64,000 nucleotides of DNA, taken from contig JASTWF010000034.1 of assembly GCA_030390025.1 (NCBI GenBank), positions 496,001 to 560,000 of the forward strand, in the 5' to 3' direction. Shown one piece after another: positions 1 through 10,597 of the stretch. How positions within the stretch are numbered: the stretch's first letter is position 1; each line of letters starts with the position of its first letter. The notes under the pieces were generated by a model. That model saw nothing but the letters and a program-made list of their open reading frames with translations. It made no database searches and was not told the DNA's origin. Position numbers and translations under genes: made by a program. Origin of the DNA: Squalus acanthias (taxonomy: Eukaryota).

Positions 1-29
1 GGGCAGGTACAGGGGTTCGATTATTTAAT

Positions 30-312
30 GGCCATCAATATAAGTTGGTCACTAATAAAACCAACAAGGAATTCAGGAGAAACATCTTCACCCAGAGAGT
101 GTGAGAATGTGGAGCTCGCGACCACATGGAGTATTTGAGGCGAATAACATCGTTGCATTTTAGGGCAAGCTGTAAAAGTACATGAGGGAGAAAGGAATAG
201 AAGGATGTGAGATGAAGTAGGGTGGGAGGAGGTCGTGTGGAGCATAAACACCGGCATGGACCTGGTGGGCCGAATAGCCTGTGTCCGTGCTGTAAATACG
301 ATGTAATGTAAT
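30..312 (+). mobile_element. CR1 LINE 3' end fragment
   Basis: Contains ttcaggagaaacatcttcacccagagagt (RRNIFTQR-like), a 3' UTR ...gggccgaatagcctgt... and a short (tgtaa)n-like tail, as in other CR1 ends in the window. Confidence 0.7.
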
Positions 313-371
313 AGATTAAAGTTCCTTCGACATTGCCCCATCAAATACACCCAGGGCAGGTACAGCATAGA

Positions 372-530
372 CCTTCCCGTTTGTTCTTTCTTCCCATCCC
401 ACCCTTTCCCTGCCTCTGTACTTGCTTAAAATCAGTTACAACTGCAACATGTTTCAGTTCTGATGTAAGGTCATCGATCTGAAACTCTAACTCTGTTTCT
501 CCCTTCGCAGATGCTGCCTGACCTGCTGAG
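372..530 (+). mobile_element. Penelope-like terminal fragment with degenerate hammerhead motif
   Basis: cagttctgatgtaaggtcatcgatctgaaactctaactctg...cagatgctgcctgacctgctgag. Reverse-complement copies occur at ~3385-3520 and ~42850-43070. Confidence 0.55.
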
Positions 531-2500
531 CAATGTTCCCTGTAAGGTGCGTGGATGCGTGGTGATCTGTAAGGTCCCGCGCACTGAAATTCACAGGCCG
601 CGCAGTGAGCTGGAGCAGGCGGAGGAGCCCAATACCCAATAATCCATGAATCCTCACAGAGCTTTTTGTGACCTCAAAGAGCTGAGCTGAATTGGAACAA
701 CATTTGCTGATATACGGAGCCCTGGAACCCGGCGAGCGTTGTCTAAGGATTCTTTCAGCACTGTTTCCATGGAGACGCGTGTTGTCCGTTCCCGGGGACT
801 GAGCGGCGGCCGCAGGTTGGAACAACACAGGTGGAGGCGCAGCGCGTATACAATGGTACAATGGCCACTGGAAGGAGGCGAAAACAAACATTTTTTAGCA
901 CCTCATTGAAACTAAAATATGAACATTTTTTTGATTTTTAATTCAGAAAATTGTTTAAACCCGCAAAGGGATATGGCAAAGTGATGCTGAATGTGTTGTG
1001 CTAAGTTCCAGTTCAATTTTGCCAGGGCTTGTCCCGTTTTTGAAACAGTTTATCAGGGTTATTTAAATCATGTTGCGAGAGAGGGAGAAAAGTTTGTGCC
1101 CCAGTTTGTACCTCAGGGTCTGAGAGACGGAGGGAACGGCAGCAGAAAAACAGGAAACAAAATCTCCAAAAGCTGATTCCAACTCATCGCCAAGTCTGGG
1201 GAGAGTTACCCTCACCGCCTTCTGAGGAAGTTTAACCACTTTATTCACTTTCTGATTTGAGCTCCGTTTGGAATCAGACTTTATTTTTATGTTTTTTGTT
1301 GTATGTTTCACGACTGCATTGAAGGGGGAAGGAGATACTTGGAGCAACTTCTTCTGTCAAAACTGCAATGAGACTTGAAATAATTTAAAGATTTTTAATG
1401 AACATTTTACAAAAAATGAGTATTAAAAACACGTTTTCCCCCTGAATATCGTATATGATTTTGGAAGATACTGAAGCAAAAGCCAATTTTCCCCTCACCT
1501 AAACAAGTTTCAAACAGGTCTTGAATTCCAAACGCTTTTAAAGATTCTCTGAAATGCTTAAAATGTTTTAAAATTGAAATTTCTCAATATTTGATTTGAG
1601 CGATCAAGTGAAGTTAACAGCTTTACACAAACATGCAACCATGGTGTTGAGGAGGGGGAGGGCAGGGGAGGATTTGTAGGAGTTACATATTAATTTTTTA
1701 TGACTTTTTAAAAATATACCATTAAGAAATTTAGGAAGAGAACCAAAAAAGGGGAAACACAAACCATTTTATTCTGTCTGTTTTCTATAGTCCTAACAAG
1801 TCACAGGAATAATGTAAATATAGATTTCCTCTTAAACATTTAGTGGAGTGTTAATAGAAACAAGAGTTATGTAATGATATATAAAAAATGCAGAAGCTAC
1901 TTTAGAAGAAACCATCCTTGTTTATTGAGAAAGACACAGACAGTGCTTTGATGAAACTGATAACTTACAATTCGATTTGGTTTGAATATCTGAAATAGGA
2001 GATTAAAAATTGAGAGTACAATGAAGTTTGTTTCCCGCATTTAATTGCAAATTACCTAAAATAATTCAACACTTTTTGTGATAAGAGCAGGGATTAATAT
2101 TGTGGAGAATGTTTGAGAGAAAAACATTAGAAGTGAAATCGGTACATTATAAATCTTCACGTGAACATATGAATAAATATTTCCAAGTCAGTCTGACTGG
2201 TTCTCCTGTCCAGGAAGAAAGACAAATGTTTATTTCTGTTAAATCATAGCTTTTCCTGCTTTTTGGTTTTTATATCAGTGAAGCAAATTCCATGTGTTTT
2301 TCTACACTTGTGAATAAGTGCTGCATTTCTGACATGTTACATGGGTGGTGTGCTGGTTCAAGAAAACAGCATTTGCTAATGGAAGTGATTGAAGTTGAAA
2401 ATACGGATACCCATTTTATTCAGTTCTTTTTAATACTTCGAATTAAAGAAGTACAGCACTTTATATTTGTTGATTGTCTGGTTGCATTGTGATTAATATT
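531..2500. mobile_element. Possible decayed hAT-like DNA transposon relic (one end only)
   Basis: Starts abruptly with caatgttccctgtaaggtgcg, resembling CARTGTTCCCTCTAA-type hAT termini. A GC-rich segment and then AT-rich sequence follow. No right TIR and no recognisable transposase motif found. Confidence 0.25.
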
Positions 2501-2524
2501 TTAATAACTTACGTGACGTAACAT

Positions 2525-3340
2525 GTGGTTGGAATATGAAGTTATCCACTTTGGTAGGAAATATAGAAAAGCAGAGTATTTTTTAAATGATGAGAGATTG
2601 GGAAATGTGGGTGTTCAGAGGGACCTTGGTGTCCTTCTGCACGAATTACTGAACGTTAACCTGCAGGTATAGCAAGCAATTAGGAAAGCAAATGGTATGT
2701 TGGTCTTCATTACAAAATATTTGTGTATAAGAGTAAAGACGTCTTACTGCAATTATATAGGGCCCTGGTGAGACCACACCTGTAGTACTGTGTACAGTTT
2801 TGGTCTCCTTACCTAACGAAGGATATAACTGCCAAAGAGGGAGTGCAACGAAGTTTCACCGGACTGTTTCCTGGGATGGGGGGATTGTCCTATGAGGAGA
2901 GATTGAGTAGACTAGGCCTATATTCACTAGAGTTTAGAAGAATAAGAGGTGATCTCATTGAAAAAAACAACATTCAGGGCTTGAAAGGGTAGATGCAAGG
3001 AGGATGTTTCCCCTGGCTGGGGATTCTACAACCAGGAGTCACAGTCTCAGAATAAGGAGTCGGCCATTTAGGACTGAGAGGAGGAGACATTTCTTCACTC
3101 AGAGGGTGGTGAATTTTTGGAATTATCTAGCCCAGAGGGCTGTGGACGCTCAGTCATTGAGTATATTCAAGACAGAGATCGATAGATTCTTGAATATTGA
3201 GGGTATCAAGGGATATGGGGATAGTGCAGGAAAGTGGAGTTGAGGTAGAAGGTCAGCCATGATCATATTGAATGGCGGAGCAGGCTCGATGTGCCAAATG
3301 GCCTAACCCTGCTCCTATTTCTTATGTACTTATGTTCTTA
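2525..3340 (+). mobile_element. CR1 LINE, 5'-truncated (ORF2 C-terminus and 3' UTR), decayed
   Basis: Encodes ...LYRALVRPHL.YCVQFWSPY... and MFPLAG...FFTQRVVNFWN (ORF 3004-3243). Ends in a cttatgtacttatgttctta tail. Confidence 0.9.
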
Positions 3341-3384
3341 AAGCTCCCTCAATACTGTCCGATCAAACAATTCCAGGCAGGCGC

Positions 3385-3520
3385 ACAAAAGCAAAATACT
3401 GCGGATGCTGGAAATCTGAAGTAAACACAGAAAATGCTCGAAATACCCAGCAGGTCAGGCGGCATCTGTGGAGAGAGAAACAGAGTTAACGTTTCAGGTC
3501 GTTGAACTTTCATTGGAACA
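3385..3520 (-). mobile_element. Penelope-like terminal fragment
   Basis: gcggatgctggaaatctgaa...gcaggtcaggcggcatctgtggagagagaaacagagttaacgtttcaggtc is the reverse complement of the element at 372-530. Confidence 0.55.
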
Positions 3521-3559
3521 GGCAGGTACACATGGGTTAGAGGTAGAGTAATGCTCCAC

Positions 3560-4245
3560 TCACCTCACTTTATCACTCTGATAATATCCACACCATTCAC
3601 TCTAACACTCTGATATACCCCTCACTTTCATCCTCTCTTACATATCCCAAACTGTCACTGTAACAGACCGATATACGCAACTCACCTCACTTTAACACTC
3701 TGATATAACCGACACACCTCAATGTAACACTTTGATATAACCCACACCCCTCACTGTAATATTCTGCTGTACCCCACAACCCTCACTCTAGCACTCTGGT
3801 ATACCTCACTACACTCTGATATGCCCACACCGTTCACTGAAGCACTCAGATACACCCCACTCTCTTTCATACCCCAAACCTCTCACTGTAACATACTGAT
3901 ATAACATACTCATTGTAACACTCTGATACACCCCACACCCCTCACTGTAACACTCTGATAATACACCCAACTGTAACATTCTGATATAACTCACACGCCT
4001 CGCTGTAATACTCTGATGTACCCCACACCCCTCACTGTAACACTCTGATATACCTCACACTCCTGACTGTAACCCTCTCTTACGTACCCCAAACCTCTCA
4101 CTGTAACACACCGTTATACCCCATGCCGCTCACTGTAACACTCTCTCATACACTCCACACCCCTCACGGTAACACTCTGATATACCTCACACCCCTCGCC
4201 GTAACACTCTCATATACCTCACACCCCTCACTGTAACACTCTGAT
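3560..4245. repeat. Satellite A, ~32 bp unit, left block
   Basis: Diverged tandem copies of cacacccctcactgtaacactctgatataccc. Confidence 0.9.
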
Positions 4246-5794
4246 GGAAATCCCGCAGAGGTGCTAAAACATCGGGGGGGGGAAGCACTATTGGCGCGAA
4301 TACAGTGGCTGAAGAGCTCCTCCCAGATTTGCAATGTGGATTCCGCCCACTAAGAAGCACAATGGACATGATCTTCACCGCGCGTCAACTACAAGAGAAA
4401 TGCCGGGAACTGCACCAAAAGCTGTACATGGCCTTCTTTGAACTCACAAATGCCTTTGACACCATCAACCGTGAGGGATTATGGAGTGTCGTCCTCAAAT
4501 TTGGATGCCCTCAAAAGTTTGTCACCACCCTCCGCCTGCTTCACGACGACATGCAAGCCGTGATCCTGACGAACGGATCCACCACAGACCCAATTCACGT
4601 ACGGACCGGGCTCAAGCAAGGCTGTGTCATCACACCAAAGCTCTTCTCGATCCTCCTGGCTGCAATGCTCCATCTCACCCTCAGTAAGCTCCCCGCTGTA
4701 GTGGAGCTAATCTACAGAGCAAATGGGAATTCTTTCAACCTCTGTCGCCTCCAGTCCAGATCCAAGGTAGTCCCACCCTATGTAATCGAATTACAGCATG
4801 CAGACGATGCTTGCGTTTATGCACACTCTGAGGTGCAACTCCAAACCATCGTCAGCATCTTCACCGAAGCATACCAGAGCATGGGCCATATGCTAAACAT
4901 CCGTAAGACAAAGGTCCTCTACCAACCTGCCCCCGCCACACAGAACTGCTCTTCGACTATCAAAATCCATGACGAGGCCTTGGACAACGTGGACCACTTT
5001 CCATACCTCGGGAGCATACTGTCAACAAGGGTAGACGTCGATAACGAAGTCCAACACCGTCTTCAGTGTGCCATGCAGCCTTCGGTCGCCTGAGGAAGAG
5101 AGTGTTTGAAGAACAGGACCTCAAAGCCGGCAGTAAGCTCATGGTCTACAGAGCAGCAGTGATATCCGCCCTCCTGTATGCTTCAGAGACATGGACCATG
5201 TACAGCAGGCACCTCAAAGCGCTGGAGAGGTGCCACCAACGCTGCCTCCGCAGGATTCTGCAAATCCATTGGCAGGATAGGCGCACCAACATCATCAGTG
5301 TTCTCGCTCAGGCCAGCATCCCCAGCATCGAAGCTTTGACCACGCTCAATCAGCTCCGATGGATGGGTCACATCGTCTCTGCATGCCCGATACGAGACTC
5401 CAAAAACAAGCGGTCAACTCGGAGCTCCGAGACGGCAAGAGTGTCTCAGGTGGGCAGAGGAAACGCTTCAAGGATACGCTCAAAGCCTCCTTGAGAAAGT
5501 GTAACATCCCCACCGACACCTGGGAAACCCTGGCCCAAGACCACACAATGTGAAGGAGAAGCATTCGGGAAGGCGGCGAACACCGAGAGTCTCTTCGCTG
5601 GGAGCAAGCGGAATCCAAGTGCAAGCAGCTCAAGGAGAGCACGTCAACCCAAGCAACCCACCCGCCCCTTCAACCACTGCCTGCTCCACCTGTGACAGAG
5701 ACTGTAGGTCCCGCATTGGACTCATCAGTCACCTAATAACTCATTTTTAGCGTGGAAACAAGTCATCCTCGCTTCCGAGGGACTGCCTAAGAAG
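4246..5794 (+). mobile_element. RTE-clade (BovB-like) LINE, 5'-truncated and frameshifted
   Basis: RT motifs QCGFR, AFDTINREGLW, GLKQGC, HADD and FPYLGS in ORF 4305-5093, a C-terminal C2H2 (CSTCDRDC...HLITH) and a taagaag tail. Flanked by aacactctgat at 4235-4245 and 5795-5805. Same family as 32926-36475. Confidence 0.93.
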
Positions 5795-6434
5795 AACACT
5801 CTGATATACCCACACACCTCACTGTAATTCTCTGATATACCCCACACCCCTCACTGCAAAACTGTGATACAACCAATACACCTCACTGTAACACTCTGAT
5901 ATCCCCAACACCCCTCAAGGTAACACACTGATATACCACACACCCCTCACTGTAACAGTCTGATATACCCCACACCCCTCACTGTAACAGTTTATTATAC
6001 CCCACACCCATCACTAATTCTCTGATATATCCCACACCCCTCACTATAACATTCTGAAATTCCCCACATCATTCACTTTAACACTCTGATATAAACCTCA
6101 CTTTAATCCTTTCTTACATATTCCAAACCTCTCACTGTAACTGACTGATATACCCCACTCACCTCACTTTAACACTCTTATATACCCCACACCCCTCGCT
6201 GTAACACTGTGATTTACCCCACACCGCTCACTGTAACACGCAGTTATACCCCACACCCCTCACTGTAACACGCTGATATATCCCACACCATTCACTGTAA
6301 CACCGAAAGACCCCACACCACTCACTGTAATTCTCTGATAAACCCCACACCCCTCACTGTAATACTCTCATACAACCCACACCCCTCACTGTAACACTCT
6401 GATATCCCCCACACCTCTCAAGGTAACACACTGA
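5795..6434. repeat. Satellite A, ~32 bp unit, right block
   Basis: Same unit as 3560-4245. Period of 32 measured between 5941 and 5973. Confidence 0.92.
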
Positions 6435-6960
6435 GGGCTAAAAATTCAGTTGGTTGCGCCTCCCGTTAGCGCCTTAAGAGGGCGCTAATGGGGCGCAAAG
6501 CAGCCAGCGTGCAGGCGCGCCGAAGTTTGCGCCGCTCGCGAACTTAACTAGACATTTTGCGGCGGCGCTAAACTTAATTGCCGCGATCTCCTGCGCACGC
6601 AGATTCTGACGTCATACGAGGGTGCAACGCCCTTGTGGCGCCCCGGAGCAGAAATTGAGTGGCGCCCCCATCCTTACCGCCTGGCGCATCCAACGACCGG
6701 AAGACTGGAACGCTATCAATCGCTATGGGGCTGTGGGGGGGGGGGGGGGGGGGGGCGCTATTTAAAGGGGCCCTCTTCCTGTCTTTCTCTGTGGTTGACA
6801 TTTTTGCACCACTCGTTCTGAGAGAGAGAGAGAGATTCGGAGAGAGAGAAAGAGAGACTTCTGCATTGAGTCAACGCTGTGTGAGGTAGTTTTGTCTACT
6901 GATCATAACTTCGCTGGTAGTTTGGTTTTTGGCCTTCATAACTTTGCCAACTAAGAGACT

Positions 6961-8177
6961 ATGGGGGCTGCACTGATTGGGGGCGTCGTCCTGTGCCAGC
7001 TGAATCGGAGGACACAGAGACCCAGAGAGACAGTGGCAATGATGGCCAGACGGAGGACGGCCAACAGGCGTCTGTACAGGCGAGCTTACCCTCCCAGGGT
7101 ATATCGTGACCAGCTCTCCTACATTCATATGTCTGATGAGCAGTGTTTGCGAAGGCTGCGCTTCAGCAAGGAGGTGGTCACTGAGCTCTGCCACCTGCTG
7201 CAGCCAGATCTGCAGCCTCAACTGAGGTCCAGGACGTCTCTGTCGGTGGCAGTGAAGATCACAGTGGCTCATTTCAATCTGCTGCTGGGGACATCGCCAA
7301 TATCTCCCAGTTCGCGGTGCATTGCTGCATCTGTCCCGTCACAAATGCCCTCTTTAAAAGGAGACGAGAGTACATTTCTTTCCCCATGACCCCAGACAAG
7401 CAGCATGAACGCGCTCTGGGCTTTGCGAGGATAGCGGGCTTCCCCATGGTGCAGGGCGCCATTGACTGCACGCATGTGGCTTTGCGTGCTCCGCATGAGA
7501 ATGCCGAGGATTTCCGGAACAGAAAGGGGTTCCATTCCTTGAATGTTCAGTTGGTCTGTGACCACAGACAGCTGATACTCGCTGTCAATGCCCACTATCC
7601 TGGCAGCTGCCACGATGCTTTCATCCTGCGCCAGACTACTGTGGCAGAACTTTTTGAGGCACCGCATCAGCCAGTTGGTTGGCTTCTCGGGGACAAGGGG
7701 TATCCACTGAGCACCTGGCTGATGACACCGCTCCGTACGCCCAACACCCCTGCTGAGCTGCGGTACAACGAGAGCCATTAAGCTACCAGGAACATCGTTG
7801 AGCACACAATCGGCGTGCTGAAGCAACGGTTCCGCTGTCTGGACCATTCTGGAGGAGCCCTGCAGTACTCGCCTGAGCGAGTTTCCAACTTCGTAGTTGT
7901 GTGCTGCATGCTGCATAACATGGCAATCCTCAGGACCCAGCCAATGCCACCAGGCCTTGGAGCACCACCAGAGGAGGAGGAGGAAGAGGAGGAGGAAGAT
8001 GATCATCAGCAGCACCAAGGCGTGAGGGCGGCCCACAATGGTGAAACTGCAAGGGCCGTCCGTCAACGGCTGATAGCAAGCCGCTTCTGGGCCCCTGCTG
8101 TGGAAATGGCTTCTGCCATTGAGAACAACATGAATGAACCCAACACGCAACCCCTAAGCCGGCCAAGGCACCAATGA
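6961..8177 (+). pseudogene. Harbinger (HARBI1-like) DDE transposase, disrupted
   Basis: Motifs CLRRLRFSKE, FPMVQGAIDCTHV, NRKGFHSLNVQLVCD, PGSCHDAFIL, LLGDKGYPL, TRNIVEHTIGVLKQRFRCL and CCMLHN. Frameshifting deletion near 7270 and in-frame TAA at 7779-7781. Confidence 0.95.
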
Positions 8178-8401
8178 TTCCAAACACCAAACATGTATAT
8201 TTTGAATACAAAAACTTATTTATTTTACAAACTCTATGTGTGTCATTTCTTCATGACAAACTAATAGAAATAAACACAAAAAAACAGTCATTACCATAAC
8301 TGGTTCTCACAACCTGGAGATAATTTCCAAAACACTAAACAAAAGTTTGACCACGAACCTCGGCCTTTAATAAAAAAATGACCAACATTTTGTCACACCT
8401 C

Positions 8402-10597
8402 CTACTTTTTGACCTTCGAGGGTGATCTCCTTCCCTTGCGCACTTCCCCCCTTCTTACCCTACTGCTCCTCCGTAATGGGACCTCAGTGGCTGCAGCAAG
8501 GCTGGTGGAAGGCTGCTGATTGTCAGACCCTGACACTGCAGATGCCCTTGAAGGACAGCCTCGACCAGTTCTGGGCCTGGAGGGCCCGGCTGCAGACTGC
8601 ACCAACTCTGCATGGGCGTCAGCAGTCTGTCCTACAGGCGGTGGCAAGTGCAGTGGAGAAGTGACAGTGTTGGCAGCAGGAATGCTGTCATCTTGAGAGA
8701 GGACAGCAACTCCCTGCTCGACCGACACACTGGCACTCCCACGGGGCAGCACTTCAGCATCCAGAGCAATCTGCTGGAGCACAGATTGCTGGCCTGCTGC
8801 AGCGTGGTGAGAGCCCCGGGGAAATGTGTACGAACCATCGAGGATGGCAGCAGTCAGTGCTCGCGTGGCCTCAATCTGAGCCTGCAGAAGAGCAGTCAGA
8901 GCTGGGTTCATGGCAGCCATTGACTGAATTGCAGCACTAAACATTTGCGTGGCATTCGCCTGTGCTACAGCGAAGTGCTCCACACTCCGTGCCAGTGATT
9001 CAATGCATTCGGGCACCCTTCCCACTGCATCCATGAGCTCAGTGTGCATGTCCACCGCATGGGTGTTCATTTCAACGATGAGCCGCTCCTCCTCTGCGTC
9101 CAGTGCAGTAGGACTCGCTGGCATACTCACCCCCCGGGGAGAAGGCCCCCGAGCTTCCCTACACCCATTGCGTTGATGCAGCCCGCTGGGTCCTGGAGCT
9201 TCACCCTCATCAGACCCTTCCCCCCTGCTCCCCTCCAGTGAAGGCGTGTTCCCAGTGTGGGCATGGGCTTCCTCGGGAGAGGGTGGCGCTGATGCTCCGC
9301 CTTCATCTTCCTCCTCGGCTGCAGCTTCACTCCCACTGGCAGCTTGAGGGCCCGTCTCCTCAGCTGGTGAATCACCATCTGAAAGCCGGGAGGTACAAGA
9401 GTGGCTTTAGCGTGAGGACAGGGGGGCAGTAAGGGAGAAATGAGTGCAGCGATTTAATAAGTTGGATTGAAAGTGTCAAAGGCTGGCGTTGTGAGGGACA
9501 AGTGGAAGGACAGAGGCAAAAAGGTGATGACCTTACCATTGCTGTCCAGAACGGGGTCGGCGTCTCCAGTGGCGATGGGACCGATCACCCGGCTTGCCAC
9601 AATCCTGTGGATGCGCATCTCAAGATCGCTGAGGGGTTGCAGCTGAGGCCGTCCTCCACCCACCGTTGCTGCTGTCTCCTATTATGAGATAGCTTGGACT
9701 GCAGGAAAAAGGACGGCGTCTGAGTAAATATGCAGCCATGGTCTTGCCTGATGTGCCTCCCATAGCTGAATAGCCCTTACTGTATGCAGCCATGGTCTTG
9801 CCTGATGTGCCTCCCAGAGATGAATAGCCTTTACTGTATGCAGCCATCGTCTTGCCTGATGTGCCTCCCATAGCTGAATAGCCCTTACTGTATGCAGACA
9901 TGGTCTTGCCTGATGTGCCTCCCATAGGTGAATAGCCTTTACTGTATGCAGCCATCGTCTTGCCTGCTGTGCCTCCCATAGTTGAATAGCCCTTACTGTA
10001 TGCAGCCATGGTCTTGCCTGATGTGCCTCCCATAGGTGAATAGCCCTTACTGTATGCAGCCATGGTCTTGCCTGATGTGCCTCCCATAGGTGAATAGCCC
10101 TTACTGTATGCAGCCATGGTCTTGCCTGATGTGCCTCCCATAGGTGAATAGCCCTTACTGTATGCAGCCATGTTCTTACCTGATGTGCCTCCCATAGGTG
10201 AATAGCCTTTACTGTATGCAAAGTGTGGAATGTGCGTGTATGTTTCATGAGAGGGCCATAGGTGTTGGATGAGCGTTGTGCATTGGGGTTTTAAGACCCT
10301 CTGGCCATAGAGTGAGGTTGAGATGGAGGGATGGAGAGGTATTGAAAAAAAGCCACTCACCCTGACGATCTGAGTGAGGTCGTTGAACTTTTTTCGACAT
10401 TGTATATGGGTCCTGGGCACCTTGCTCCTGGAGGAGACGCTCTGAGCCACCTCCCTCCACACTCTTCTGTACTCGCGCGGCAAAGGCCTCCTGCCACGCT
10501 CAGGGAAGAGTATAGATCTTCTGCGCTGCACCGCTCCAACCAGAGAATCCAAGGCCCGCTCGCTGAAGTGCTGAGATCGTTCTCTCACCCTCTCCAT
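8402..10597 (-). pseudogene. Harbinger Myb/SANT-like DNA-binding protein gene, 3 exons (10597-10361, 9698-9537, 9378-8402)
   Basis: Exon 1 encodes FSERALDSLV...WREVAQSV...RTHIQCRKKFNDL. Donors GTGAGT (10360) and GTAAGG (9536); acceptors ttttcctgcAG and ggctttcAG. Exon 3 is open to the TAG at 8402. Exon 2 is 162 nt where the phases require 163 (1-nt loss near 9664). Confidence 0.88.
9729..10220. repeat. 54 bp minisatellite (~9 copies) in intron 1 of the Myb/SANT gene
   Basis: Unit tatgcagccatggtcttgcctgatgtgcctcccataggtgaatagcccttactg. Period of 54 between 9729 and 9783. Confidence 0.95.

Noticed and set aside
880..2500. AT-rich stretch as a transposase or host exon
   Set aside because: I could not recover any diagnostic motif or consistent reading frame by eye. 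A translated HMM search is needed.
6736..6755. Poly-G run upstream of the transposase
   Set aside because: Simple homopolymer of uncertain length with no supportable function.
7269..8150. 293 aa minus-strand ORF
   Set aside because: Antisense shadow of the GC-rich transposase with no recognisable motifs.
6961..8177. Domesticated host gene HARBI1
   Set aside because: It lies within TIRs next to a Myb/SANT partner and has a frameshift and a stop, so it is a transposon copy.
9620..10597. 325 aa ORF as the true Myb/SANT protein
   Set aside because: It reads through a GTGAGT donor whose position is shared by both copies. The spliced three-exon model fits conservation better.
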